Origin: Camelus ferus
Taxonomy: Eukaryota
Direction of reading: 5' to 3'
DNA length: 64,000 nt
NCBI RefSeq assembly: GCF_009834535.1
Contig: NC_045697.1
Coordinates: forward strand, 59,584,001-59,648,000
The notes under the pieces are model-generated. The model did no database searches and was not told the origin of the DNA. It saw nothing but the letters and a program-made list of their open reading frames with translations. Positions 12,349-27,059 of this stretch are shown here, piece after piece; positions within the stretch are counted from its first letter, which is position 1, and every line of letters begins with the position of its first letter. A program made the position numbers and the translations under genes.

Positions 12349-12593
12349 GTGCTCAATGCTTTCCTAGGAAGTCTAGGCTATACTAACATCTATAAGCAAA
12401 CTTTCCTCCTTACTATCTACTGGAAGGACTGCTTTTATACATCACTTAAGCAGTTCTGCAAAGGCCCAAGCCCAGAGACAAAATACAGTGGTGGATTTCT
12501 CTGTTTCTTTCTTCTTAAAAACATCTTAAAATGAACATGAATGTAATGACTATATAAAAATACCAAGTTCTATTATTAATAATGCTAAGGATG

Positions 12594-14508
12594 AGGATAC
12601 AAGATTAACATACAGAAATCAGTTGCATTTCTTTACACTAACAATGAAATAGCAGGAAAAGAAAGTAAAGAAACAATCCCTTTTAAATTGCATCCAAAAT
12701 AATAAAATACTTAGGAATAAATCTGACCAAGGAGGTAAGAGACTTATACATGGAGAACTACAAAACATTGATTAAGGAAATTAAAGAAGACTTAAAGAAA
12801 TGGAAAGATATCCCATGCTCTTGGACTCGAAGAATCAATATTGTTAAAATGGCCATACTGCCCAAGGCAATCTACAGATTTAATGTGATCCCTCTCAAAT
12901 TACCCTGAACATTTTTCATAGACTAGAATAAATAATCCTAAAATTTATATGGAATCACAAAAGACTCAGAATTACCAAAGCAATATTGAAAAGAATAAAG
13001 CTGGAGGAATAACCCCCCCAGATTTCAGACAATACTACAGAGCTATAGTAATCAAGACAGCATGGTATTGTCATAAAAACAGACATACGGCTCAATGGAA
13101 CAGAATAGAGAGCCCAGAAATAAATCCACAGGCCTACAGTCAATCTTCAACAAAGGAGGCATCGATATACAATGGAGAAAAGACAGTCTCTTCAGCAAGT
13201 GGTGTTGAGAAAACTGGACAGCAGCATGTAGATCAATGAAGTTAGAACACTCCCTCACACAAAAATAAACTCAAAATGGGTTAAAGACTTAAATATACGA
13301 CAAGACCTGATAAACCTCCTAGAATAAAACATGGGCAAAACATTCTCTGACATAAAACTTAGCAATGTCCTAGGGTATTCTACCCAGGCAGTAGAAATAA
13401 AAGTAAAAATAAATAAATGGGACCTAATTAAACTTAACAAGCTTTTGCATAGCAAAGGAAACCATAAGCAAAACAAAACAACCACCTCTGGAATGGGAGA
13501 ATATATTTGCAAATGATGCAACTGACAAAGGTTTAATTTCCTGAATATATAAACAGATCATACAGCTTAATAACAAAAAAACCCAAACAACACAATCCAA
13601 AATGGGCAGAAGACCTAAACAAGCAATTCTTCAATGAAGACATATGAATGGCCAATAGGCACATGAAAAAATGCTCAATATTGCTAATTATCAGAGAAAT
13701 GCAAATCAAAACTACAATGACGTATCACCTCACACCAGTCAGAATGACCATCATTCAAAAGTCCACAAAGAATCAATGTTGGAGAGGGTGTAGAAAAAAG
13801 GGAACCCTCCTACACTGCTGATGGGAATGTAGTCTGGTGCAGCCATAATGGAAAACAGTATGGAGATCCTCAAAAAACTAAAAATAGACTTAGCATATGA
13901 TCCAGCAATCCCACTCCTGGGCATATAACCTGAGGGAACTCAAATTTGAAAAGATACATGTGCCCCAGTGTTCATAGCAGTGCTATTTACAACAGCCAAG
14001 ACATGATAGATGACTGGATAAAGAAGCTGTGGGGTATTTATACAATGGAATACTACTCAGCCATAAAAAATAGTAAAATAATGCCATTTGCAGCAACACG
14101 GATGGACCTAGAGATCGTCATTCTAAGTAAGCCAGAGAGAGAAAAATACCATATGATATCACTCATATATGGAATCTAAAAAAAGAAAAAAGGACACAAA
14201 CGAATTCATCTACAAAACAGAAACAGACTTGTAGACATCGTAAACAATGTTATGGTTACTAAGGGGAAGAGGGTAGAAGGGCTAAATTTGGGAGTTTGAG
14301 ATTTGCAAATTTTAGCCACTATATATAAAAACAGATTTAAAAAGCAAATTTCTTCTGTATAACATATGGAACTATGTTCAATACCTTATAATAATCTTTA
14401 ATGAAAAAGAATATTAAATTGAGTATATGTATGTATATGCAATGACTGGGACATTGTGCTGTACACCAGAAATTGACACACTATAGCTGACTATACTTCA
14501 AAAAAAAC
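12594..14508 (+). mobile_element. Young 5'-truncated LINE-1 with 16-bp TSD
   Basis: TSD AATAATGCTAAGGATG (12578-12593) / AATAATGCTAAGAATG (14509-14524). TT/AATAA endonuclease-type site, short A tail, ORF2 remnants [26 protein letters not shown]. Confidence 0.95.
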
Positions 14509-16834
14509 AATAATGCTAAGAATGGAACATGTGAGGATGTACTGTTGGGGCTTCATGAATTTGTTCTCTTTTTTCTATAAAACAAATTAACTTTATTGAC
14601 ATAGTTATGACATAAAAACTTATTGACATAAAATATAATTAGATAAAAGATAATATAATTTAGTAAGTCTATTATCACACATATGAAATCATTAGAAACT
14701 TATCAAATAATGGCAGTTTCTATTATCTATTCTAATTAACATTCTCAGAGTGGAGTTGTTAAAATATACTACTCTCCTCAACTTTGCCCTATTAATCTAT
14801 CAATAAAAGTAGAATTTCAGAATATTCTGAACAGTGACTTAAGAATTGAATGATTCAAGCCATAATTTTTTCTATCAGTAATGGGATAACATGCTAGAAT
14901 GGTATTATATGTTATTAAAATCTTCAAACACTACTTATAAAAATCCTCACTGAAAACATTACAAATTGCCAAAATTTGATTCTCAATTCAAGGCAGGAAA
15001 GGGGCATGAAAATATTTTTTAAAACAGATGGTAATTAATATGTGGGAGTGTGAGAGAAGTTGTCCCCAGTTAGTTTCTAATATATTTGTACAGTACTTTA
15101 AAGTTTACAAAACATTTTTACACATTCTTTCTTGTTTTCATATGTACCTATGATGTACAATAAGCTCAGACAAACAGAATCTTTTCCATAATTGCCCCAA
15201 TATAGACAAAAATTCATGAATGGAAGTGGATTTTACCCAGACAGTCTACCCAAGAAGATGTGTCCACATTTTACTCTTCAAAAGAAAATGGTATGGCATT
15301 ATATAAAAGCAATCTTGTTTCATTTTTCAAAAATATAGCACAGAATAAACTTATGGGGAAACATCAAGCACAGAAACAGAGCTAAGAAGGTTGTACATTT
15401 TCCTTATTCCTTTCCTTATGTGAGTTTCTCCTTGGGTAAAATCATCTTTATTCACTTCAGCACAAAGCTGAAAAGATTATTACATTTGAAGGCAAGAGGG
15501 AAATTAATTAGAGTCATGTGGTACTCACACTTAATCAGTCCTTTATTTCTTGGAAATGGTTCCTAACTCAGCACTCTCATAGAACATTTCTCATGCATTT
15601 TAAGATATTTCCTATACTGGAAGCCATTGTTTTCAAACTCGACATCTTGAATTGTTGTTTTGTCAAGCCAGGCTCATATGAGATTTGATATCAAGATCAC
15701 CATTCACATAATTCATAAAGCTTTAATAGATTATAACTTAATTTCCCAAGGTTGAAATGTTAGTTACAAGGTCAGAGCTTTGTATTGTCAATGTTGTCTG
15801 ATAAACGTTTTGTTGACTGTGCAAATGTCTTCATGCCTTTTTTGTGTTCCTATTCACAGTTCACGTTTTGATCTTTGCTATAGTCAATTTTCACAAGTCT
15901 TCACTTTTCAAAAGTCGGGTTACAATGAGATTGACTAATTTATTCACCTTTAATGAAGGAAAGTTCACTAAAGCTATTTTGCATCAACTTGGATCAAATC
16001 TTTTCAAATTGATATTATTTAGTAAACAATTAAAGAGCCAAATATATGCTTCCAGGGAGTCTATATATTCTAGGTAACTCAGGAAAGAATTCCTATTTTG
16101 TACCACTAGAAGACCTGCAGTATGCCATTAAATCACCTGAGAATGGCAAAGACTATTGCCTTCTATTACTCAATTTCAAAGTGTTTATTATTCATAGCAT
16201 CTGGGAAATTCATAGAGCTATTATGGTATTTCCTCTCTTCCCTCACTGAAGTCTACAGTGCAGTGCTTGATAACATTTTTCACAAACATCCTTAGAGATT
16301 AGTATATATGAATACCAGAAAATGTGCGCAAATTTTGTATGCATGTGCATAGTTGCATTTTCCTAGAAAGTATTATTAAATTTTAACAGAGATGTAAGAT
16401 ATCTCTATTCTCACTACTACCAGTTAAAAATCATTTTTCTTGAAAACACAATAAAGTTGTATTATTAGCATATTAAAATAATATAGTTCATTTAACTAGT
16501 TAATATGGCTGGTATAGAAAAATATATTTGTGAATTATTTATTAGAAATATGATGTTTTTGTGAAATATTTATTAGAAATAGAAATGTGAGGGTGCAGAT
16601 AAGGGTTATACAGTAATTTCGTTCTCTTAAATTTATATCTGTTTAGAGAGGTCAGACGTTTGAACACCTACATGATTTTTTTTAAATGCTTTTAATTAGG
16701 TAAAAAAGATATGGTCTAAAAATATTTATACATTATATAAATTTTTATGATCAAATTCTATACTAAAAATGAAGAAATGCTATTCTAGTAGATATTTAAT
16801 ATATGACTGCTTATATTTGATAAATCATTGCAAG

Positions 16835-19800
16835 GGAGTTAGGTTCAAGATGGTGATGGAGGAGGATCCTGAACTCACGTCCTCCCATGGGCACTGAAAC
16901 TTCAGCTACATACAGAACAACTTCCTCTGAAAGAAAACCCCAAACCAGCTAAGCAACTCCTTATCTCAGGTGAATGAGAAGAAACCCACATCCAAGAAGA
17001 CAGGAGAGACTGAGGAACAATCTTGCCATGAAATCCACCCCCTGGCATGATGAATCATATCTGGAGGGAACTCAGAAACCTGGGCTTCTCCCTGAGAACA
17101 GAAGTTTTAAACCCCACATCTGGCATCCCATGCTTTACAACCTGCACCTGAGAGATGACTCTCTCACATAATCTAGCTTCGAAAGCCAATGGAGTTTCTG
17201 TCCATGAGACTCACAAGTCTATAGCAAACTAAGAAATAGTTCTTAAATGACTCACAGACAAAGATTCATCCACCCTAGGGACCAGCACAGAGGCAGCCCA
17301 TTGAGAGGTTCCCAGACTTTTGTTGAAAAATTCCTATTTATCTAAAAGCATCTGCCTGAGGGGTTGGCATCTAATTTAACACACATAAGGAGAATACTGA
17401 AATACTATCCCAAGGATGAAGGCTAGCTGGTACCTTCTTTTCCCTCTCCCTCTCCTCTCCCAGAAAGGAGCTTGTACTTTTTGTCTGGAAACCCCAGTTT
17501 TTGTGGCTGTCACTCAGGGGACATCTCTAGATCACCTTATTCTGGTGGCTAGCAGGATTTATGTTCATGGGTTCCACAGGACAAAACAAATGGAGAAAGA
17601 GTTCCTAACAAGCTGCCACCCTCAGGGCCCAGCAGAGTGGCAACAGAACAAAGGTCTCCTTAGGATTCCCTTAGGGACACTGATAGATTTTAACACATCT
17701 TCAACGACTGGAGCCATTAAGAAGTAAAGGCTGTTAGAAAATAACCAAGGTTTGAGAGACAACTAAGAGCCAGAATAGGGTTGAACAATAAGGTTTACCC
17801 CCTACATGAGGCTACTCCTTCAAGACTGGGAGAGGTGGCTGTTTTATCTAATGCATAGATACCAACACAGAGAGCTGAGAAAAATGAACAAACAGGGGAA
17901 TATGTCCCAAACAAAAGAATAAGATAAAAAAAAAACCTCAAGAAAAAACCTTAAGGAGATAAATAGCTTACTTGATAAAAAGTTCAAAATAATGGTCATA
18001 AAAGTGCTTACTTAACTCAGGAGAAGAATGGATGAATTAAGTGAGAATTTCAACAAAGAGAGAAAATGTGACAAACTACCAAAGGTAAGTCACAGAGCTG
18101 AAGAATACAATAAATGAAATGATAAAAACCCCCCAACAATTTAGAAGATCAAGAACAGACTAGATAAAGCAGAAGAAAATACCAGTGAACTAGAGACAGG
18201 GCAGTGGAACTCACAATCACAGCAGAAGCAAGAAAAAAATTTAAATTAATATAGTTTAAAGGATTTATAGAAGAACTTCAAGCAGACCAACATTTGCCTT
18301 ATGAGTCCAAGAAGAAAGAAAGAAAGAGGCAGGAAACTTAACTAATGAAATAATGGCTGAAAACTTCCCTAACCTAGGAAAGAAATGGACATCTAGATTC
18401 AGGAAGACCAGAGTTCCAAACATGATGAGCTCAAAGAGACCTACACCAAGACCATTATAATTAAAATGTCAAATGTTAAGGACAAGGAGAGAATCTTGAA
18501 AGCAGCAAGAGAGAAAAGAAAAAAAATCTTGCTATACACAAGGGAGCGTCCATAGGATGATCAGTAGATTTTACAGAAGAAACACTGTAGTCCAAAAAAG
18601 AGTGGAACAATGTACTCAAAGTGCTGGAAGAAAAAAACTGCCAACCAAAAATGTTCCATATATGAATATAACAAATAACCTGGCAAAGTTAGTTGTCAGA
18701 ATTGAAAGGGAGAGAAAAAGTTTTCTAGACAAGCAAAAGCTAAACAAGTTCATTACTACAGACAGGTCTTTTAAGAACTGTTAAAGGAATTTTTTTAAGC
18801 TGAAAAGGGTGCTAATTAGTAGCATCAAAATATATAAAAGTATAACTCTCACTGGAAGAGGTACATATGTAGTAAATATTAGAATAATGTTGTAAAGGTT
18901 ATGGGTTAATCACTTGTAAAGCTACTGTGAAAGTTAAAAAAGTAGTAAAAATAACTAACTACAGTAACTTGCCAATGGATACACAAGATAAAAAGATTTA
19001 AATTGTGACATTAAAAACATAAAACCTGAGGGCCTGGAGGAATAAAAACGTAGAGCTTTAAAATATGTTCAAACTTAACTTGTTATTGACTTAAGATAGA
19101 CTAATCAGTCGTTTTATGTAAGCCTCATGGTAATCACAAAGCAAAAACCTGTATTAGATACATAAAAGGAAAAAAGGAAGGAACATAGGCCTATCACTAC
19201 AGAAAATCATCAAATCACAAAGAGAACAAGAAAGGAAAGAGGTAACAGAGGAATTACAAAACAACTGGAAAACAGTGAACAAAATGGCGATAAAGCCACA
19301 CCCATTAATAATTAAATGTAAATGGACTAAATGCTTCAATCAAAAGACAAAGAATGGCTCATGGATAAAATTACAAGAACCATCAAAAGACTCACTTCAA
19401 ACCTAAAGACACACAGACTGAAAGTTAAGGGATGGAAAATAATATTCCATACAAATGGAAAATAAAAAGAAAGCTGAAGTAGCAGTACTTACACCAAAGT
19501 AAACTTTAAGAAAAAGACTATAGTAAGAGGTAAAGAAGCTCATTACATAATGATAAAAGATTCAATCCAATAAGAGGATATGACATTTGTAATTACTTCT
19601 GCACTCAACATAGTAACACCTAAATATATAGGGCAAATATTAACAGACCTAAAGGAGGGAGAAATAGAAAGCAATACAATACTAGAAGGAGAATTTAACA
19701 ACTCACTTTGAGCAATGGATCGATCATCCAGGCAGAAAATCATTAAGGAAACATTGGCATTAAATTATCTGTTAGGCCAGATAGACTTAACAGACTTATA

Positions 19801-21590
19801 CAGAACATTCCATTGAAAAGCAACAGAATATACATTATTCTTCAGTGCACATGGAACATTCTCCAGGACAGATCACATGCTAGGCCCCAAAATAAGTCTT
19901 AACTAAATTTAAGAAGACTGAAATTATATCAAGTATCTTTTCTGACCACAATGGTATGAAACTAGAAATCTATTACAAGAATAAAATGGGAAAATTAACA
20001 AATATGTGGAGATTAAACATGTTGAATCTCCTGTAATCTCCTGAACAACAATAGTTCAAAAAAATAAAGAAATTAAAAAATACTCTAAAAATGGAAATAT
20101 ATTGTACCAAAACATATGAGATACAGCAAAAGCAGTTCTAAGAGGTAAGTTCATAGCAATAAATCCCTGCATCAAGAAACAAGAAAGATTACAAATAACC
20201 TAATTTCATACCTCAAAGAAATGGAATGAGAAGACAAAATGAAGTCCAAAGTTAGAAGATTAGAGTAGAAATAAAGGTAAAATAGAGACCAAAAAGATAA
20301 TAGAAATTATCAATGAAACCAAAAACTGATTTTTTGAAAAGATAAATCAAATAGGCAAACCTGTAGCTAGGCTCACCAAAAAAAAGAGGGAGAGGACTCA
20401 AAATGAGAAATGATGGAGGAGACATTACAACTGATACCACAAAAATAGAAAGGATCTTAGGAAAATGGCATAAATATACACCAACAAACTGGACAACTTG
20501 AAGAAATGGATAAATTCCTTGAAACATAAAACCTACCAATATTAAATCATAAAGAAGTGAAAAATCTCAACAGACTGATTAGTAGTAAGAAGATTGTATC
20601 AGTAATCAAAAACCTCCCAACATACAAAAGTCTGGGACCAGATGACTTCACTGGTGAAGTTTACCAAAAATCCTCAAAAAATATTACCAAATCAAATTCA
20701 ACAATAAAGACTAATTATCACGATCAGATGATATTTATTCTAGGGATGAAAAGATGGCTCAACATCCACAAATCAATGTGATACAACATATTAACAAAAT
20801 GAAGGCTAAAATCATATGAATATCTTAATAGATGCAGAAAAATTATGACAAAATTCAATAACCATTTATGATAATCACTCTTAAGAAAGTGGTTTTAGAG
20901 GGAACATACCTCAACATATTAAAGGCCGTATATAAGCCTACAGCTAACATCACTCAGTGGTGAAGATGTGATAGCTTTTCCTCTAAGATAATGAACAACA
21001 CAAGGATATTCACTCTTGCCACTTTTATTCAACATACATTTGGAAGTCCTAGCCAGAGCAATTAGGCAAGAGAAAGAAATAAAGTTACCTAAATTGGAAA
21101 AGGAGAGGTAAAACTGTTCACTATTTACAGATTCCATGATACACATAGAAATCCCTAAATCTTTTAAAATTAATAAACAAATTCAGTGAAGTTGCAGGAT
21201 CAAAGTCATTTTCCATAAATAACTTTTGTTTCCATACACTAATAATAAACTATCAGAAAGAACAATTAATAAAGCATTTCCATTGACAATTGCATACAAA
21301 AAATACCTAGGAATAAATTTAATCAAGGAGGTAAAAAACAAAAAACAAAAAAAAAAAAACCCTGTACCCTAAACCATAAGACACTGATGAAAAATTGAAG
21401 AAGACACAAATAAATGGAAACATATTCAGTGCTCATGGATTGGAAATTGATAGTTAAAATGCCCATATTGCTCTTAGCAATATACAGAGTCAACGCAATG
21501 CTCACCAAAGTTCCAATGGGATTTTTCACAAAAAGAACAAACAATCCTAAAATTTGTATGGAACCACAGAAGAATCTCAATAGCTAAATA
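16835..21590 (+). mobile_element. Older LINE-1 with 5' UTR, ORF1 and the N-terminal part of ORF2; 3' end absent
   Basis: 5' end ggttcaagatgg...gatcctgaactcac. ORF1-like region ~17884-18785. ORF2 start aaaatggc...aatgtaaatggactaaatg (NVNGLN) at ~19284-19332. RT-like ctatttacagattccatg at ~21121. Disrupted throughout. Confidence 0.9.
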
Positions 21591-22862
21591 ATACTAGCAT
21601 AATTTTCTAGATAAAGGTGTTTTATCTCAAAATATGAAAAAAAAAAGTTGCTCAGAGGGAGTATCCCTTTGAACAGATTGGTGGACAAAATTTTCAAAGT
21701 TGAAATCAATATTTTTTATTTAGGAAATAGTATATTTGAAAATTTATAATTTAGATGCATAATATTTTGACAAATTAAGTGATCCATTTATTAGAATATT
21801 CTATTCAAAAAGCCATATCTTTGTGATATGATTCATATCACAGGATTGTGATATGAATGTTGTTTAATATTTGGTAAATGCATACATACTACTTACTGCT
21901 AAAATATGTGAATGATTTCTAGGTTTTTTTTTTTGCTTGTTTAAAGATAAAATAATGCACTTTTGTGATGCAATACATTTCTGACACAGCACTTATATTT
22001 TAGTGATAGTCTAAACAATTTTTTTTTTTACTTTGAAATGGATACTTTTTATAATGAAGCACTATTTCAGAAAAGTACAAGTATTCCAGGAAAGATACTG
22101 TATAATATTTAGTTTTAATGTATGCATCTTGCAGTGTTCTAATAGTTTAAACATTACAGTTGTTGGCATACACATTTTTATAATGAATAAAGAATTTTAT
22201 TCCATCATACTGAAAACAAGAACGTCATCTTTCCATGGATTTGTCAACAGTACCCAAGTATAGTACTCATATAGATAGAGAAATAAACTACAAGAACACT
22301 AATGAATACTCTCAGAAAATTAACCCAGAGTAATTTTCCTCCACAACATTTCCATTGTTGACAAGCACTTAAACAATAACATCATTACAATCTTGTACTC
22401 AATGCAGATGGAGTAACCTTTCACTTTTAAGAATTACGTGGTTTATCATTTTCAGGTCTTCAGAAGGCACAAGAAACAGGCCATTATTTTTTCTTACAGT
22501 AAAGAACTTTGTTTTAGCAGTGCATTCTAACAGGAATTCCCCTCTGAAACGAGATAGCTAACCATTTCTATTCATTTTAGTATCAACCTGACCAATAATT
22601 CCTCCTCTGCAAAATTCTAGTGCACTAAATGTACCTTTGTATACCTATTAAAAACATAAAACTTCAAATTAAGACTGTGATGTGAATAAGTTTTCTTTTT
22701 GGGTATAATACAGCTGCTTGGGGAGGGGGATAGGAAATTAGAAGTAAAAGGGGCAATCATGTTAATGCTAGAGAAGCAGCAGATGTATTTCCCAGTGGAT
22801 GGAAAAGGAGACATTTGGAAATAAGAGATTTGTTTTGAAGCTGTTTGCATTTTTAACATATA

Positions 22863-22882
22863 TGTGTGTGTGTGTGTGTGTG
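22863..22882. repeat. (TG)10 microsatellite
   Basis: Direct reading. Confidence 0.95.
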
Positions 22883-23929
22883 TATGGGTATAAAATTTGT
22901 TTTGTGACTTGGGGGAGAATGATGGTGATTTGGGAGAGTGGCTAAGTCAGCATCTACCTGTTAGAATCTTGCAGTGCCACCTTGGGAGTGACACAGAATC
23001 TGAATCTCAATACTGCAAGCTAGGTAGAAAGGTGTTTAGGATTTTAACAGGTGGTACTGCTTCAAGGCAGACTTCTGCCATGCTGTGGGATCTCTGGAAT
23101 GACTGCATCATGATCAGAGCTAAGGCCATATAGATCTTCTTACTGGGAAGGAATTTGAGTATTTCCCTACTGCATATAGGTTAACTAAATGTTTCCCCAA
23201 ATACTTATATTTTTATTTTGCATCTTTTTGAGGTCCTATGAAATCAATCAATAACTTCTAGTCATACAGTTTCAAAAGGCATGTTCAAAATGGCAATCTA
23301 GGCACATATACTTAAGCTTCAGTTTTTCCTCTAATTCTACTAAAATAAAAAAGTTACATTTATTAAAATGATTCAATTTCTGCAGAGAAGGGAAAGTTGG
23401 TAGGCTATTCAATAGTGAATGAAACATTTCAACAAATTTCTCTAGGAAGAAAAATATAGGGAATGTTTGAGATTGATGCAGGAAAGAAATGGCTATAAGC
23501 GGGTGGTGGAAGAGGAGCAAAATGCATGGCATTGGAACCCCTAAGATGCTCTTAGGTCTGTGGAGTTTAGAATAGGGAAGTAGGCAGAAAAGAGAATTAT
23601 TTGTCAGAATATTAAAGCAAACTGAAAACAGGTAAAGCTTTTAATGTATATTTTTGTGTCTAAGACTAGAGAAAACATAAAAATTGACTAGGAGGGGAAA
23701 CCATCCAAGGAGAAAAATAGTTTAGGGGACTCGGATATTGAAAAAGAACACAAAATAGCAAAGCCAATTTGGTGTGAGTTTGAAGGGATGAGAATTTCTG
23801 CCTGATAGGAAGACTATTCTAAAGTAAGACCTGCAAGTTAGCATGCCTTGTCTGCCTCACAACACATATGCAGAACTCCAGTCAGGGGTTATTTTTTAAA
23901 AAGTGATTCTTATACATCCAACAGTGGGC

Positions 23930-24700
23930 CAGTCCTTTATAATGAAAAATTAAGGATCCCAAGGCATATAAAAACAATGAATAATATAAAAGACAATGGC
24001 AGTAAACAAATAGAAAAACAAAAGTAACTCCAGAAGAAGCTGTTCAAGAAATTGAAATATATATATATATATATATATAGTTATTTTTAAGAGTTAAATT
24101 AATAAATTCAGAGAAAGTCAAGAATAATTATTTTTATAAATATGGGAACAGACTGATATTTAAGAAAGATAAATTTAAGAAGGAGGTAACACCTTTCTTC
24201 CAAATTTAAAGAAGATTGCCAAGATGAAAAACCAAAACAGAAAGAAAAATATGGCTTAGAAATATCCCCAAACATAGACTAAAAAAACCAAAACACAGCA
24301 GTAGGTGATGGGAGAAGATAAAGGACATGATGGGTTAATCCAAGAGGGCCTTTATCAGAAAAACCCAGTTTTCTTTGCAAGTAGCAAGAAGGTAACTATA
24401 GAAGAGGATTTTCTCAAAGTTGAATGCATATATTCAATTTTTAAAAACCTACTTGGTGCCCAACAAAATAACATAATACGTATCTACATTTAATGATATC
24501 ACTATGAAATTTCACAACAGAAAATTAAGAAGAGATTCTGAAAGCTTCCAGAGAGAAATCAAACCAAAAAAACCTAAATTAAATAAAGCTAAACAAATTT
24601 CTGGAAGAAAACAAACTGGCATTGGAACGGGTGTATCTTCTCATTGGGGACACTAGATGTTTAAAGACAAAGGAAGCACAAATTATTAGCTGAATACTTT
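23930..24700 (+). mobile_element. Ancient L1 (L1ME/HAL1-like) ORF1 fragment
   Basis: A-rich, with gagattctgaaagcttccagagagaaa and cttctcattggggacactagatg resembling old ORF1. Includes an (AT)n run at 24057-24079. Confidence 0.45.
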
Positions 24701-26724
24701 GATCTCACCTTAATTGTCTTAAAGGTATTTGGCCTTGGAAAAAATTATTATTATGCTGGTAAGATAATATACTTAAAGTCTGTAACCTCAGGAGTGTGGT
24801 AAAAACAGATTGCTATTAATATATTAGACAAGTAAAAAAGGGGTCTTATTGAAATTGCAAAACATTTTGTTGTTCATTAATGTATAGACCATTGCAGGAA
24901 AATAAGTTAATGAACTGTGTTAATCTCACTTGGGTCTATAAAAAGAGTTTAGGCTTTTCTGTTAGTAGAAAAATATCAGTCTCTTGTGTCTAGTTTATAT
25001 CCTTTTGGGATATTTAAGAAAAACAAATGGTAGCTTTAGCAGATTTAAATCTAAATACAACATAAAACTGATTTCTTTGGCACTGTAGCAATACTTTAAA
25101 AAATAATAAGGAAAAGGAAATTCTCACCTATAACTCATAATTGAATAATCTATCAATTAATTGCTAGGATATCATAAAGATACTCTCAAAACATTGTGGA
25201 CTTAGTACTTTCACCTGATACGTACCATTTTTTAGGGAACTATTTTGGAATATGTCCCAGGAAAACTAGGAAACAAATTATGTGCATTTTGAAGAACTCA
25301 GCACAGACCAATCAGCTTGGATGCCATCAGGTGTGCTGTAATACTGGTTCAATAATTAGCTCTGGCTCTAATCCAGAGGAGTGCCATAAAGGGGGCAAGA
25401 GAATTACAGGATGGCAATGGCAGCCAGCCCATACTGTGAACATTATAATTTGGAAGAGCAGGAAGGGAGAACTGTAAGAGGCAGCTTTCTGGGGAGGGAG
25501 TCCGTGTAAAAGGTAAAGGGGACTGAAATGAATAGATGTATGATTATGTAAATTAGAGTCAGGATAGCAGGGTTCACTTAAGGTCATCACCTCTGTAGCC
25601 TATGTTACATTTATCAACAGTTCTGTACCCCAGTTTGTTTCTCTGTGCAATTGGGATAATAAAATTATAGTAAAAAATTAGATTATTGTACTCAAAGCAG
25701 TAAGAACCATGCATAACACAGGGGAAAACAGGATCTAAGAGCTGAAGGAAAGATGAGGATATGATAATAAGGAAAAGGATTTAGAAAAACTATGTAGAAG
25801 AATTACCAGTTTCTGAAATGTGGCATCACTTAAAGAGAATAACAAAGGTTTCTAGTAGGCCTTGATCTAGGTACAATGTCCTTTTAGAGGGCCAGGCTTA
25901 TTTTTTTCTAAAGGATAAAGAAAAAATAAAATTCTAACTCACAACTTGATATTGAGTAAGATTCATAAGATCATAATAATATCAGCAAATTACTGGGAGC
26001 TAAATTTTAGAGCAAACTTAAGAAAAAGTATGATTATTACCATGAAAACGTAAAAGTGACATTAGATACATAGCTGAGAGAATGTGGGCAGGGAAAAGGA
26101 AGAAAAAAGTAGTGTTGCTTACTAATAACCTTATCTGACAAAGAGCAAAGAAAAAATAACTTTTCATATATTGTAGAGGTTTAAAGAATATAATTTATAA
26201 CTATAGAATAATCAATAGAAAAACAATAACATACACACATACACACACACACATATATATATAATCCTCATTTAATGGTAGAAAATGTTGAAGACAGCAA
26301 AATCCTCTTCACTCATGTATCAAGGAGGCAGTGGACACTGCCTAGATTCCTGGTTTATCACTGAATAATGGTAGTAATCTAAATTAAAATCTCTCTACCC
26401 ACATCTACCAAGAAAACCATAATTCATACCTTTAGCATGACTACAAGATGGAGAACACTCTGAACTTCAAATTACCTATACACATGAAAAGTGAACACCC
26501 GATCCACGAGAAACAACTCCAGATCCCACACGTAGGTGTGATGGGTCACCGGTACAGTAACTCTCAGAAAGACAGAACCCACACTGAGTGGTAAATACTG
26601 AGAACAAATCTGATGTCTAATAGATCAGAATAATAGCCATTGAGAAATCAAAAGGAAGAAAGTTGAAAGGTTGCAGGGCCCAAGGGAACAGTACTGGGGA
26701 GGCACCACTTCTGTAGAACACAGG

Positions 26725-27055
26725 ACTGATTTCTTCCGGACATTCTTAAGGAGAGTCTGTTTCTTGCCTTTTAAAGCTTCTGATGTTGCCTGTGGCCTTG
26801 GCTTGTGACCCCTCCATCTTCAAAGTGCATCACTCAAAAATGTGCTTCCATTATCACATTTCTTTCTGTCTCTGGTTCTGTCTCTGTCCCTCTTATACGA
26901 ACCATTGGGTCTATCCTTATATCTAGGATAATCTCCCCATCTTAAGGTCCTTAATTTAATCACAAAAGTCTCTTTTGCCACATAAAGTAACACTTAAACA
27001 GATTCTCAGAATTATAACACACACATAGTTACATAGTTGGGGGCCACTGTTTAAT
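26725..27055 (-). mobile_element. MaLR LTR (MLT1C/E-like), partial
   Basis: ggataatctccccatcttaaggtccttaatttaatcacaaaagtctcttttgccacataaagtaaca is the reversed MLT1 core. Confidence 0.8.
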
Positions 27056-27059
27056 GTGT

